DNA of 63,886 nucleotides, filler included, from Basidiobolus ranarum (taxonomy: Eukaryota): the NCBI GenBank assembly GCA_040143965.1. It is 30 parts of 30 records of this genome, joined end to end, with 100 filler letters (N's around TTAATTAATTAA, not from the genome) between each part and the next. Parts side by side here need not be neighbours in the genome. Positions count along the whole stretch, not along the records: positions 61,862 to 63,886 come from JASJQH010010777.1; 29 more parts are not named here. The stretch is one strand, 5' to 3'. Shown piece by piece: positions 61,931 to 63,886 of the stretch. The position numbers were made by a program, and so were the translations under genes. Numbering within the stretch: the stretch's first letter is position 1; the number at the start of each line of letters is the position of its first letter. The notes beneath the pieces are model-generated. The model was given only the letters and a program-made list of their open reading frames with translations. It was not told the origin of the DNA and did not search any database.

Positions 61931-63643
61931 ATTAACTCATCCTAAACAAAGTCTCCATTATCATATTGCTTTCTAGTTAATGGTTTCATTAATATATCCA
62001 CAATCATTTCTTCATTAGAGTAATAAGTTAAGCTTGACAAAGTATTTGGGAGCCTGTTGGAAGTGGTTTGGAGAATTAGAGGAATTTGTGGTTTTCACTT
62101 GTTGATTTGTTGAGTACAAAGTTGACATTTGTACTTTTATCATGATGTAAAAAAAGCCACATGTAATTTCTGTTAAGAAAGGTCCAGGAGCATGTGTGAA
62201 AGGTTTGAGGCTTCTAGCACAAGTCTGAAAGATCTATATATCTGAGAGCTTCTAAGTTGGTAACAATATTCCAAGTAAATTCCAATTGAAAATAATGGGT
62301 AATATCTGAGTGAACTATAGGATAACTAAATATTAAGCTATATATGACTATGTAGGTGTTTAGGCAATGCTAATTTCAGCAAAGTCACCCAACGTATTCT
62401 CTATATGCCTTACTAAAATGCTATATAGTATCTATATGTTTAGTTCCAGCATGAAACATTGAATTTCCAGCTAATTTAATATATCTTGGATTATGTCAAA
62501 ATATTGAAGTTGGTGAATTTTGAGAATAACCTAAATCTGTTTAGAGTTTTCTTAAGCATATTGCTTCTTTTGTTGCTTCACAGGCAGCCATGTATTCTGC
62601 ATCTATTGCTGAAAGTACAAATGTAGTTTGTTTTCTGAATTCCAAGAAATAGCTCCATCATATTAAAGAAATAAGTATCTTGTTGTAGATCTCCTGACTT
62701 AAATATCTCTTCTCCAATTTGCATCTTGATATCCCATTAGATCAAAGTTTGATCCAGAATATATGTATTTTAAGCACAGACCAACAGTACCTTTTGTATA
62801 TCTGAAAGTTTGCTAAACTACTATGATTTGATCAGATTCATAATTTTGAATAAATTGGCATATAACTGCCACCCAATAGACAATTTCTGGCCATGTTGAA
62901 ACTATGATATACATCAAACTACCAACCATAGATTGATAATGAAATATCTGGCCTTCAAGTACTTCCAAGAAAATGTGATTTGAGCCTTTTTGGGTCAAGT
63001 TAAGATTTGTCTTAGCCAGGATGGATATTGGTTTTCATTCTTCCATTTGAAACTTCTTGATTTTATCTAGGAAATATTTAGACTGGTTTAAAATTATTGC
63101 CTTGGTAGTCCTATCTATCCTTATTTGGACTCCCAGTGAGTATGACATTTCATCAAGTTCAGTCATTTTGAATTTAGCAGATACATTTGATTTGGTTTTC
63201 TTCAAAGTCTGCAAGTTATTGTTTGCTATAATAAGGTCATCTTCATCTAGGGCTAATAAAGCTGGGTTTTTCTTATTGGGCCTGAAGTAAAAACTTTAGT
63301 TGGCATTACTCTACTGAGATTTGAGTGTTTCCAAGAGTGTATCTATCTTGCTTGGCTAGGCTTGTGGAGATTATTGCAAGCCATAGAGTGTTTCTGGAGT
63401 CAGCAAACTTCTTTTGGTTTTCTGAGTCCACAAATTTGTCTGGTTGCCCATGATGATCTCCTTAGCTAGCTCCCCATTGAACAAAGCTGCTTTTACATCC
63501 ATTTAATGTGCAGTACACTGAAATTTAGCTGAAATTACTAATCAAATTAAACCTTGCTACAGGTACAAAAGTCTGTGTTTACTTAATTCTTTTGTTTGGG
63601 AATAACCTTTGGCTACTAGTCTGGCCTTGAGCCTTTCCATATT
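61931..63643 (-). pseudogene. Degenerate Copia RT and RNase H (same family as 2143-3838), containing a solo LTR
   Basis: [40 protein letters not shown] and EMIVDILMKPL. Confidence 0.92.
62035..62381 (-). repeat. Solo family B LTR (347 bp) inside RNase H
   Basis: A full-length LTR with neither PBS nor PPT. Flanks AAGCT and AAGTC form an imperfect 5-bp TSD. Confidence 0.82.
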
Positions 63644-63886
63644 CCCTAACAAAAATAAAATCAATTTGATCCGGATTGGATCCACCCTCCAAAAGAGTAA
63701 AACCATGAGAGAACCATCACAATATTGGTGGCTTGCATTCTGCCAGGGATTTTGATGGTGTGATGGTGGTTTCTTGACAGTATTGTTATGGTATTCATAC
63801 ATGTTAAAATATTGATCCTCAAATTTGGCATGCATTATTCAATATCCGGCAATTTTTGCAAAATATAATTTTTGAATGGCAAATTA
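63644..63886 (-). mobile_element. Type R terminus abutting Copia RT
   Basis: CCCTAACAAAAATAAAATCAATTTGATCC; matches 51435-51678. Confidence 0.8.

Overview
This is not one continuous locus. It is 30 unrelated contigs of about 2 kb, sorted by decreasing length (2042 to 2025 bp) and joined by 29 artificial 100-bp linkers (44 N + TTAATTAATTAA + 44 N), so adjacency across a linker means nothing. The DNA is eukaryotic and AT-rich with short GT-AG introns. It is most likely from an early-diverging fungus (inference from gene content and style). About three quarters of the contigs are decayed, nested, strongly CpG-depleted transposon debris: three Ty1/Copia families with distinct LTRs (A 317 bp, B 348 bp, C about 351 bp), Ty3/Gypsy pol fragments and long LTRs, a high-copy CACTA/En-Spm (Tnp2) transposase, CCCTAACA-type transposon ends with an unknown second ORF, and a PHIS (ISL2EU-like) DDE transposon with 14-bp TIRs. 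Host gene fragments: ARG7/ArgJ, AP-1 beta-adaptin, a cytochrome P450 with an internally deleted paralog upstream, a CBM21 PP1-targeting subunit, a convergent pair of paralogous membrane-protein 3' ends, and a Gly/Asp/Tyr/His/Lys repeat protein missed by the ORF track. There is also a 125-bp tandem array. I found no CRISPR array, RNA gene or convincingly novel multi-gene system. The best leads concern TE mechanics: two tRNA-iMet priming modes in one genome, a PBS ATG in frame with gag, a head-to-tail TIR junction, and a target-site duplication decayed at its CpG on opposite strands.
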